The translations under genes and the position numbers were made by a program. The notes under the pieces are model-generated. The model had not been told where the DNA came from. It saw only the letters and a list, made by a program, of their open reading frames with translations, and made no database searches. Positions 1-6,934 of a stretch of 32,000 nucleotides of DNA are shown here, in pieces (positions within the stretch are counted from its first letter, which is position 1; each line of letters opens with the position of its first letter). Source of the stretch: Candidatus Saccharimonadota bacterium (GTDB taxonomy: Archaea; Micrarchaeota; Micrarchaeia; Micrarchaeales; Micrarchaeaceae); the NCBI GenBank assembly GCA_963705375.1, contig OY970071.1, positions 570,001-602,000 on the forward strand. Reading direction: 5' to 3'.

Positions 1-714
1 GGCACCCACTTTTATCACATCGCCGCCAAGTGAATCCTTCAGCCTTTCTGCAGTGTCGAGCCTTATGATCTTTCCGTGATCTATTATGGCAATCCTGTTG
101 CAGATAGCATCAGCCTCTTCCATGTAATGTGTAGTCAGGAGTATGGTTACCTTCTCTTTTTTGTTCAGCTTGACTATGTAGTCCCATATTTTGCGCCTTG
201 TCTGAGGGTCCAACCCTATGGTGGGCTCATCAAGGAACAGCACGCGAGGGTTGTGCACAAAGCCCCTGGCTATCTCAAGCCGTCGCTTCATGCCGCCAGA
301 GTAAGTCTTGACCTGTTTGTTGGCCTTGCTCTCGAGCTCGACGAGCCTGAGCACTCGGTCTATCGAGTCCTTCTTCTCCTTGCCTTTTATGCCGTACAAT
401 CTTGCATGGAAGTCGAGATTTTCCCTTCCGGTGAGCTCGTCATCAAGGCTCGGCTCCTGAAAGACGATACCTATCAGCTTTCGCACAGCGTCCTTGTTCC
501 TGACAACGTCCTTGTCGTACAGACTCGCAGAGCCGGAGGTGAGCTTCATTATCGTGGACAATATGGATATCGTCGTGGTCTTGCCTGCGCCGTTGGGGCC
601 CAGCAAGCCGAATATTTCGCCTTCATTGACTTCGAAAGAGATGCCGTCTACTGCGGTAAAGTTCCCGAATTTCTTAACAAGGTTCCTTACAGAGATTGAT
701 ACTATACTCTTTTG
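1..714 (-). CDS. ABC transporter ATP-binding protein (ABC-2/DrrA-like), partial; the C-terminal end lies beyond position 1
   Basis: My minus-strand translation reads ...SISVRNLVKKFGNFTAVDGISFEVNEGEIFGLLGPNGAGKTTT (Walker A) ...YSGGMKRRLEIA (ABC signature) ...VLFLDEPTIGLD (Walker B) ...LLTTHYMEEA (H-loop). It is absent from the ORF track because it runs off the window. The GTG start at 714 is preceded by GGTGA 5 nt upstream. The listed + ORF 76..699 is its shadow. Confidence 0.9.
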
Positions 715-742
715 ACCGTTCACGCTTTCACCAGCATGCGCA

Positions 743-1432
743 TCATCTTTCCCTGAAGAAGGGGAATGGCTCGGCAAGGTTCATCACTCGCAAGTATATC
801 ATTGCCTTTTCGGTGGTGCTGCGGCAGAACTCCACAGAGTCGTTAAGGTAATTGTAGCGCAGATATCCGAACCGTTCTTTTGAATCAGAGGCAGTGTATG
901 CGAAGGTCCTGGTGGCCCCGTCCCTGAAAAGCGCGAATGTACCAATGATGTGCTTGTCCTTGTAGAAGAACGAGTACATCCGAATTGACTCGGTCCTTCC
1001 TGAAGTGTCGCTCACGATAGACTTAACAAGCGATGCAAGGTCCTTCACCTGGACAGTAGCTACTTCATCACCAAGCTTGTTTTTTATCGTGTACAGGCTG
1101 TGTGAGATCTCGACCACAGGTATCTTGTACTTCCTGTAGTCTTCAGGGGACAGCGGCACTGAATCCTTGAACGCACAATCCTCATCTTCTGCGCTCGGGT
1201 TGTACACTAGCATGTCACCCTTCGAATCTACATCGATACAGTATAGCAATCGTATGCCGTCGAGCTTTTCTCCCAGTGAGAATAGACGGTACTTGCTGCC
1301 CTGCTTTATAGCGTTTATATGGGAAGCGCCACCGCCAAGTGTGCACGTGCTCCTAGCCAGGTCGATGAGCGCGTTCAGCTGCACGTAATAGCCGTATGAA
1401 GGTTGGTGCTTTGCCTTGCGAGTCTTTGCCAT
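743..1432 (-). CDS. Hypothetical cytoplasmic protein, no recognisable motif
   Basis: 229-aa ORF with an ATG start, no signal peptide or TM segment, and a balanced composition. It is co-oriented with its neighbours and 17 to 28 nt from each. Confidence 0.6.
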   Translation of the reverse strand: MAKTRKAKHQPSYGYYVQLNALIDLARSTCTLGGGASHINAIKQGSKYRLFSLGEKLDGIRLLYCIDVDSKGDMLVYNPSAEDEDCAFKDSVPLSPEDYRKYKIPVVEISHSLYTIKNKLGDEVATVQVKDLASLVKSIVSDTSGRTESIRMYSFFYKDKHIIGTFALFRDGATRTFAYTASDSKERFGYLRYNYLNDSVEFCRSTTEKAMIYLRVMNLAEPFPFFRER

Positions 1433-1449
1433 GCGATCACAGGATAAAC

Positions 1450-2283
1450 TTATGCGGATTGAGCGTGCACGAGCAAACGTACCAGATACATGATGGCATA
1501 CGCAGGCTCATATATGATCGGGAACGCAAGCGCACCCTGGCCGAGTGCCTCATAATCGTTCATTATGCTTGCGCCTATCTTGAGAGATATGCCAGTTTCT
1601 TTGTATATGCGCGGGCTCGATATCGAGCTCACCCTGAGCTTCATATTGTAGACTCCAGGCTCATCCTCATATACGCCATACACGAACTGCTGCTTTGTGC
1701 TGTGCAGGGCTATGACGGTCTGCGTCGAGTTCAGGCCAGGAAGCCCGACAGAGGATATGATGAACGGGCTGTCCGATACGCCGGTGTTGTTTATCTGAAC
1801 ATACACGCTTGCGGATTCACCAGGACCCGCGCTCAACTCTGTAGGATGAACGTAGAGCACGAACACGTCAGGCGTAACGTTGACATACGCCTTAAACTTT
1901 AGGCTTCCTATCTTCGAGTAGTTGCCGATGTTTATCGCAGTCAGGTTGAACATGTAGGTGCCGTTGCTTGCGTCGGGTGCGACGGTTATCTTCGCCGAAA
2001 GTGTCGGGTTATAGAGTGAGGAGTTCTGCACGAGCCAGCCCGCTGGGACGTCGGTTGCGACAAACTTGTTCCAGCCAAGGTTCAGCATGCTGCCGGAGCT
2101 GCCGGTCGTTGATGCGGATATTGTTACGAAGAACGTCTGGCCCGGACCGACCTTTCCGAGATATATGCTGCCGTTGTTCTTTACTGTCGCATTGTACGGC
2201 TCCAGTATGTTAACGTAGGACGCGCTCGAGATGCACGCAAAGATGACGAATGCCATCATCAAGGCAGGAAGTATGAAGCGCAT
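1450..2283 (-). CDS. Secreted, C-terminally anchored surface protein with two CARDB/NEW3-like beta-sandwich segments (tentative)
   Basis: N-terminal signal peptide MRFILPALMMAFVIFACISSASY and a C-terminal hydrophobic segment. Nine N-x-S/T sequons. Strand-rich segments such as SASVYVQINNTGVSDSPF resemble CARDB-type domains. Confidence 0.7.
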   Translation of the reverse strand: MRFILPALMMAFVIFACISSASYVNILEPYNATVKNNGSIYLGKVGPGQTFFVTISASTTGSSGSMLNLGWNKFVATDVPAGWLVQNSSLYNPTLSAKITVAPDASNGTYMFNLTAINIGNYSKIGSLKFKAYVNVTPDVFVLYVHPTELSAGPGESASVYVQINNTGVSDSPFIISSVGLPGLNSTQTVIALHSTKQQFVYGVYEDEPGVYNMKLRVSSISSPRIYKETGISLKIGASIMNDYEALGQGALAFPIIYEPAYAIMYLVRLLVHAQSA

Positions 2284-2304
2284 AGAGGGTATTCTTTGGT
2301 TAGG

Positions 2305-2312
2305 TATTTATA
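2305..2312 (-). promoter_or_regulatory. TATA-like box (minus strand TATAAATA) centred about 25 nt upstream of the ATG at 2283
   Basis: The + strand reads tatttata at 2305-2312, overlapping the stop codon of the upstream kinase gene. The spacing fits a leaderless or very short-leader archaeal transcript. Confidence 0.35.
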
Positions 2313-2877
2313 CTCTTTTGAGTTTGCCGCTACGAAGCATTCGCAGCAGCTCGTTGAGGTTGGAGTGCAGCTGCGGGAAAGTGCCCGTGTTCACAAGCAC
2401 GTAATCTGCGGATTTTATCAGCTTCATGGTTCCAAGGGCCACATTCTTGCGGTCGCGCCACTCGAACTCCTGATAGCTGTTAGCTTTGATGCCGCCTTTC
2501 CTGTCAACGATCCTTTCGTATCTCAGCTTTTTGGGCGCAGATACTGCGACCACCACCACTTCCGGGTGAAACTTGCGGATGTATGCCAGCTCTGCAGGAT
2601 CCCTTGGGCCGGATATGACAACGTCGCCCTTGGAGCTGGCTATCTTCTTCGATGAGAGCTTCGCCACGACATCGCGGCCGAATGCCTTCTTGAGGTTGAC
2701 CACAAAAAGCTCTATGTTCTTTGCATTGATAGGCATGCCACCTATGCGCATGAGCTTCTTTATCTGCGAAGAGTGCTCCACCATGGTGAAGCCGTTTTCT
2801 TTGAGCATGCCACCGACCGTGCTCTTGCCGCTGCCGGGCATGCCTGTCAGGCATATCACAATATTTCCTTTGGCCAT
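2308..2877 (-). CDS. P-loop nucleotide kinase-like protein, UPF0200 / dephospho-CoA-kinase-like family (copy A)
   Basis: Walker A in IVICLTGMPGSGKST, plus the family-typical FEWRDRKNVALG and ADYVLVNTG motifs. The ATG at 2877 follows a GGAG motif. An alternative ATG at 2904 forms an ATGA overlap with the upstream stop. Confidence 0.8.
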   Translation of the reverse strand: MAKGNIVICLTGMPGSGKSTVGGMLKENGFTMVEHSSQIKKLMRIGGMPINAKNIELFVVNLKKAFGRDVVAKLSSKKIASSKGDVVISGPRDPAELAYIRKFHPEVVVVAVSAPKKLRYERIVDRKGGIKANSYQEFEWRDRKNVALGTMKLIKSADYVLVNTGTFPQLHSNLNELLRMLRSGKLKRV

Positions 2878-2900
2878 AATATCTCCATTGAGCGTTTTAA

Positions 2901-3461
2901 TCATTTGCCGCGTTTTCCGCGGCTTAGTTTGCCAAGAATTGCATCAAGGTCGGAGTGAAGCTGCGAAATCGTGCCGGTGTTTGCCAGATTGTAGTCTGCA
3001 GAGCGTATCACCTGCAGCATTCCAAGGGCCACGTTCCTTCTGTCGCGCCACTCGAACTCTTTGTAGTTGGCAGTCGGTATTCCGCCCTTTCTGTGCATGA
3101 TGCGATCGTATCGCACGCCCTTCGGCACCGAAAGAGTGATCATCGCAACGTTCGGATTGAGCGTGCGTATGTATGACAGTTCTGAGGTGTTGCGAACGCC
3201 TGAAATGACTACATTTCCTTTGGAACGGGCCACGGCTTCCGCAGAAAGCTTCGCGAGGATGTCTCGGCCGAATGCCTTCTTGAGCTTTACAGTGAACTTT
3301 TCCCTGCTGTGGATGTCGACTTGCGTGCCGCATATTTCCATGAGCCTCTTCAGCTCGCCGGAAAGTTCTACAAGGGTGAAGCCTCTGCTTTTCAGCATCT
3401 CCGCTACAGTGGTTTTGCCGCTGCCAGGCATGCCTGTCAGGCAGATTATTATTTTCCTCAT
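2901..3461 (-). CDS. P-loop nucleotide kinase-like protein, UPF0200 / dephospho-CoA-kinase-like family (copy B, tandem paralog)
   Basis: Contains IIICLTGMPGSGKTT, FEWRDRRNVALG and ADYNLANTG, and is collinear with copy A over its full length. The ATG at 3461 gives the same short N-terminus as copy A. The track's TTG start at 3500 would overlap the pilin gene's 3' end. Confidence 0.8.
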   Translation of the reverse strand: MRKIIICLTGMPGSGKTTVAEMLKSRGFTLVELSGELKRLMEICGTQVDIHSREKFTVKLKKAFGRDILAKLSAEAVARSKGNVVISGVRNTSELSYIRTLNPNVAMITLSVPKGVRYDRIMHRKGGIPTANYKEFEWRDRRNVALGMLQVIRSADYNLANTGTISQLHSDLDAILGKLSRGKRGK

Positions 3462-3471
3462 GATATCACAA

Positions 3472-4029
3472 TCAAGCGTACTTTGCTGTGAACGTTGCAA
3501 CCTGCACTATATTATTTTTGCTGTTCGGCAGGCTGGTTATTGTGAAGTTCAACCAGACTGCGCCGTTGAAGGAGTGGCCGGGCGAACTCCTTGCGACGCC
3601 GGAACCGCCGTAGCAGTAGATCTTCAGTATTGTTGTATTGCTGGAGTACAGCAGCACGCCGTTCGCTAGCGCACCGTTTGGATAATATTGCGAAGCTGTG
3701 ATGGCATTGTACCCGACATTTGTGTTGCCGAAAGCGGGCCCCGGCGCATTGCTTGTCGTGTTGGCCTGGCTCGAGCACGCTGCGCCTGTCACATTCATTG
3801 TCGCGCCTGTCGCCTGAGAAAGCACTATGGTAAGCACGCCGCTGTCAGCCTGCATCGATGCGCCAGTGCACGAGAAAGACGGTGCAGCATTACAGTACGA
3901 AGGGGCGAGGAAGTTGTTGAACACGCCGAGCTGCGCCACAGATAGCAGCACTATGGCTATGACGATCAACGCCATACCATAAGAAACCATGAAATCCAGC
4001 GCCGCTTGAGATCTGCGCTGCTTTTCCAC
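3472..4029 (-). CDS. Archaeal type IV pilin-like protein (class III signal peptide)
   Basis: The N-terminus MEKQRRSQAALDFMVSYGMALIVIAIVLLSV has a basic head, a Q-x-[SA]-x-[ED] motif and a roughly 20-aa hydrophobic helix. The mature part is S/T/N/G-rich with paired Cys residues. It is collinear with the first ~165 aa of the 9747..12329 protein. GTG start, 4 nt after the response-regulator stop. Confidence 0.75.
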   Translation of the reverse strand: MEKQRRSQAALDFMVSYGMALIVIAIVLLSVAQLGVFNNFLAPSYCNAAPSFSCTGASMQADSGVLTIVLSQATGATMNVTGAACSSQANTTSNAPGPAFGNTNVGYNAITASQYYPNGALANGVLLYSSNTTILKIYCYGGSGVARSSPGHSFNGAVWLNFTITSLPNSKNNIVQVATFTAKYA

Positions 4030-4033
4030 GTTA

Positions 4034-5230
4034 TCACTGTTGCTGTTCGTCTTCGGAATTTTGCTTGCCCACCTGGAGCTTCACGCCGCTAGAGTCCCTA
4101 GTTATCCGGACATCGAGACGCTCCCCGGCAAACAGCCTGCGCAGTTCGTCGTACGTGTAAGAGCCTATCTCCTTTGAGGGCTTGCTCCTGCTCTTGAGTA
4201 TCTCGTCCCTGCGCTGCTTTATTGCAGATATGCTTGATTCCTCATAAGCCAACGCAAGGCGCGGTATGTCATTGGCGTCGAACATGCCTTCAAGGTCAAG
4301 GTTTATGGCCTTGTAGCCTTCGTCCTGTAGCACGAACGGCATTATCGCGCTGAATTCCCTGCGCAGCTCTTCCATTGCCGCACCGACATCCTCACGCACA
4401 CCGGCCACAACAAAGGCGTCGCTGTTAAGGAACCCGATGAATATGCTCTTTTCCTTTATTATGTCCTGCATCAGCTGCGAGACCAGCCTTATTATGAACA
4501 TTGCGGAAGTGGGGCTTAGCCTTCTGGCATAGTCGTCAAGATGCTCTATGTGGAGCGTGCCCATCGTGTTGTGCGCGCTTGCATTCAACGAGCGCTCGAC
4601 CTCTTCGGATATGCGCGCCTCGGATGGCAGGTCGATCAACGGGTCGAAGCGCTTGCCCTTCTTTTTAAGGAATATAGTCACCAGGCTGCGCAGCTCCTGA
4701 GGATCGAAAGGCTTCTTTATGTAGTAATCCGCACCGTATTTGATGCCCTTGAACCTGTTGCTCGTAGGGTCCATGGCGCTTACAAGTATGACGACAGTCC
4801 TGGCAAGGGCGCTGTTGCTCTTTATCTCCTGACATATCTCGAGACCATCCTTGTTAGGGAGCATCAGATCGAGAACCACCAAGTCAGGCGCGTGCTTCTT
4901 TATCTCGATCATTGCCTCTGCGCCATCATACACCTGCTTTATCGCGAAGTCCTTGCCTATCGATAGGGCCATCAGCTTGTTTATGTTTTTGTCGTCTTCA
5001 ACTATGAGCACGTTTCTCGGAGATTCCTGCTGCAGCATGTAGTACATCATGATGCCTCCAGAGCTGCGTGATGCTATCAGCTTCCTGCTTTCAAGCGTCG
5101 ATAGCGCCTGGGCAAGCTCTTTGGTGTTCATCCCCATATTCTTCAAGGCATCATATAACTCGTCCTGCGAGGCCTGCTGTCTCTCGTTGATTACCGCGAG
5201 AATGCCGCCCAATTCATTCTCATCCTGCAT
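4034..5230 (-). CDS. Response regulator: N-terminal winged-HTH-like domain, REC receiver, C-terminal degenerate GGDEF/palm-like domain
   Basis: The REC signature is complete: VEDD acidic pocket, phospho-acceptor D in DLVVLDLMLP, ILVSA, and K in YIKKPF. The C-terminal part reads FDPLIDLPSEARISEEVERSL...GTLHIEHLDDYARRL...IFIGFLNSDAFVVAGV, which is collinear with the GGDEF consensus DPLTgLpNR...iDiDhFK...RyGGDEFavl but has LNSDAF in place of GGDEF. Confidence 0.85.
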   Translation of the reverse strand: MQDENELGGILAVINERQQASQDELYDALKNMGMNTKELAQALSTLESRKLIASRSSGGIMMYYMLQQESPRNVLIVEDDKNINKLMALSIGKDFAIKQVYDGAEAMIEIKKHAPDLVVLDLMLPNKDGLEICQEIKSNSALARTVVILVSAMDPTSNRFKGIKYGADYYIKKPFDPQELRSLVTIFLKKKGKRFDPLIDLPSEARISEEVERSLNASAHNTMGTLHIEHLDDYARRLSPTSAMFIIRLVSQLMQDIIKEKSIFIGFLNSDAFVVAGVREDVGAAMEELRREFSAIMPFVLQDEGYKAINLDLEGMFDANDIPRLALAYEESSISAIKQRRDEILKSRSKPSKEIGSYTYDELRRLFAGERLDVRITRDSSGVKLQVGKQNSEDEQQQ

Positions 5231-5259
5231 CTGGTCACCGGAAGAATATGAATGAAAAG

Positions 5260-5275
5260 GAATATTATATTATCT
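5260..5275 (-). promoter_or_regulatory. TATA-like box for the response-regulator-led gene string
   Basis: The minus strand reads gataatataatattcc about 38 nt upstream of the ATG at 5230. A GGTGA Shine-Dalgarno motif ends 5 nt before the ATG. Confidence 0.4.
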
Positions 5276-5290
5276 GTGTGCGCTGCGGCG

Positions 5291-5310
5291 ATACATTAAT
5301 CTTAATGTAT
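5291..5310. promoter_or_regulatory. Perfect 9-bp inverted repeat ATACATTAA-TC-TTAATGTAT (candidate operator/UAS, or terminator stem for the GNAT gene)
   Basis: Read directly from the sequence. It lies just upstream of the TATA-like box of the response-regulator gene string and 27 nt downstream of the GNAT stop. Confidence 0.4.
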
Positions 5311-5336
5311 AGCACTCCATCCGCCTTTTGTTGTGT

Positions 5337-5822
5337 CTATATGGGCAGGCGCATCTCATACCATTCAAACCCACCATGTTCTGATTTTGACCGGCCTAGC
5401 AGAACAAAACCATACCTTCGATAATATTCGACCATGTTTTCTTTGCAGATTAGCAGTATGTTCTTCTTTCCAAGTTTTTTTGAGATTTCAACGAATTTGC
5501 CCATCAACAGTGCAGAGATGCCCCTTCCCTGAAATTCTGGAAGAACTGCCAAGGAGAATATGACAATGTTCTTACCGGACGGGACGTGACCGATCATGTC
5601 TTTGAATCTTTCGTCGGCTATGTCTTCCTTGTCTGTCGAGGCACTGTTTATTATGCCCACAATCTGGATGCCGATTTCTGCAACAAGAAAGCCCTGAGGG
5701 AACGTTTCGATTCTCTTTTTTATTCGTTCCTTTATGGCACCTTCCGAAGTGTAACAATTAGATTCTATGTTAAAGCAACGATCTAGATCAGCGGGCATTA
5801 CCTGCCGGATTATTATTTTCAA
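5337..5822 (-). CDS. GNAT family N-acetyltransferase
   Basis: Acetyl-CoA binding motif LAVLPEFQGRGISALLM, followed by YYRRYGF. The start is ambiguous: TTG 5822 gives MKIIIRQV..., and GTG 5864 and ATG 5798 are also possible. Confidence 0.85.
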   Translation of the reverse strand: MKIIIRQVMPADLDRCFNIESNCYTSEGAIKERIKKRIETFPQGFLVAEIGIQIVGIINSASTDKEDIADERFKDMIGHVPSGKNIVIFSLAVLPEFQGRGISALLMGKFVEISKKLGKKNILLICKENMVEYYRRYGFVLLGRSKSEHGGFEWYEMRLPI

Positions 5823-5905
5823 GGGTATTCCCTTTTGGCGCTTGTAGAATAAGGATGAAAGCACTTATTAAAAAGCTTATTGACAATACAATACAGGTTG
5901 TGTTG

Positions 5906-6934
5906 ATGTTTCGCCAAAATAATTCAAACATGAAGGCACTGCAGGTCCCAGTTGCGAAAATCGCAATAGGGGGTATCGTCATTGTAGTTGCCGCACTTTC
6001 GTATATGATGCTCAACGGAAGCAGCATAAACACAATAAATTCTGCAACCACGCTCAGCATCACAAAGTCTGCAAGCGCATTCAGAATGGGCGATTACACA
6101 TACGGGATAGCGCTTGCTAAGGCAGTTCCGAGCAGCAACGTGGCATACATATATCTCAACAGGCTTCCGGCGTTCATGAACCCGCTGCTCAACGTGACAG
6201 TTTACACAGGGCAAGGAACAAGGATCAATGCAGGCACATCTTTTGCCAACATAGAGCTCCAGGCAGCATCTGTGGGCAGCAACTCTGTGGCACTTACAAT
6301 AACTCCGATAAGCACAAACCTGCAGATAGCGCCAGACAGCGCATACATCTCGACCGTGCGCACATCCTTGCAGAGCTTGCAGCAGAACGGCACAGCAAGC
6401 GGTTCGCCGACATCCAATACGGCTAACACTGCGGCCAACGCCATAACCACAACGTCTGTCCTGAGCACATCCACTACGACAGTGACAGCAGGCAACGTAA
6501 CCAGGTCAGAGATAATGGCAGCACTGCAGAAGAGCATATATTACCCATTGATGGTCAACTACAGCAGCATTTACGCGAACACTCTAGGCTGCACGCCGGT
6601 AATGTACAATGCGACATACACCATGATAAAGGGCAGCGCCCCTGCGGGATTCAACACATTCCAGAACGTCAGCCAGTACGTGCCGTATTCGCTGTACAGC
6701 AACATAACTAGCAACGGCGCTGGCGTATATTCTGTGATTTATCGCACCAGAACGATAAGCACGCAATACAACAATTCTGCCGCACTGACAATAAGGATAA
6801 ATGCAAGCGCAGGGATCATCGTAGGTAGCGGCGTGTTCAGTGGCGTGTTCATGGGCCTGAACCATACACAAGTGAGCAACGGATACACGAGCATAGCGGG
6901 CATAAAGAGCGCGTGCGCGGCCTACATGAGCTGA
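5906..6934 (+). CDS. Membrane-anchored or secreted S/T-rich protein, unknown family
   Basis: N-terminal hydrophobic anchor VAKIAIGGIVIVVAALSYMML, a central S/T/N-rich linker (SGSPTSNTANTAANAITTTSVLSTSTTTVT) and many N-x-S/T sequons. Alternative starts at 5855 and 5930. Confidence 0.65.
   Translation: MFRQNNSNMKALQVPVAKIAIGGIVIVVAALSYMMLNGSSINTINSATTLSITKSASAFRMGDYTYGIALAKAVPSSNVAYIYLNRLPAFMNPLLNVTVYTGQGTRINAGTSFANIELQAASVGSNSVALTITPISTNLQIAPDSAYISTVRTSLQSLQQNGTASGSPTSNTANTAANAITTTSVLSTSTTTVTAGNVTRSEIMAALQKSIYYPLMVNYSSIYANTLGCTPVMYNATYTMIKGSAPAGFNTFQNVSQYVPYSLYSNITSNGAGVYSVIYRTRTISTQYNNSAALTIRINASAGIIVGSGVFSGVFMGLNHTQVSNGYTSIAGIKSACAAYMS

Noticed and set aside
76-699. 207-aa + strand ORF at the start of the window
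   Set aside because: The opposite strand encodes a textbook ABC ATPase (Walker A, signature, Walker B, H-loop) across the same bases. The + ORF has no recognisable motifs and is a shadow frame.
3067-3669. 200-aa + strand ORF over kinase copy B and the pilin 3' end (also 2573..3100, 1396..1902 and 27127..27630)
   Set aside because: All of these overlap motif-supported genes on the other strand and span gene boundaries. There is no independent support.
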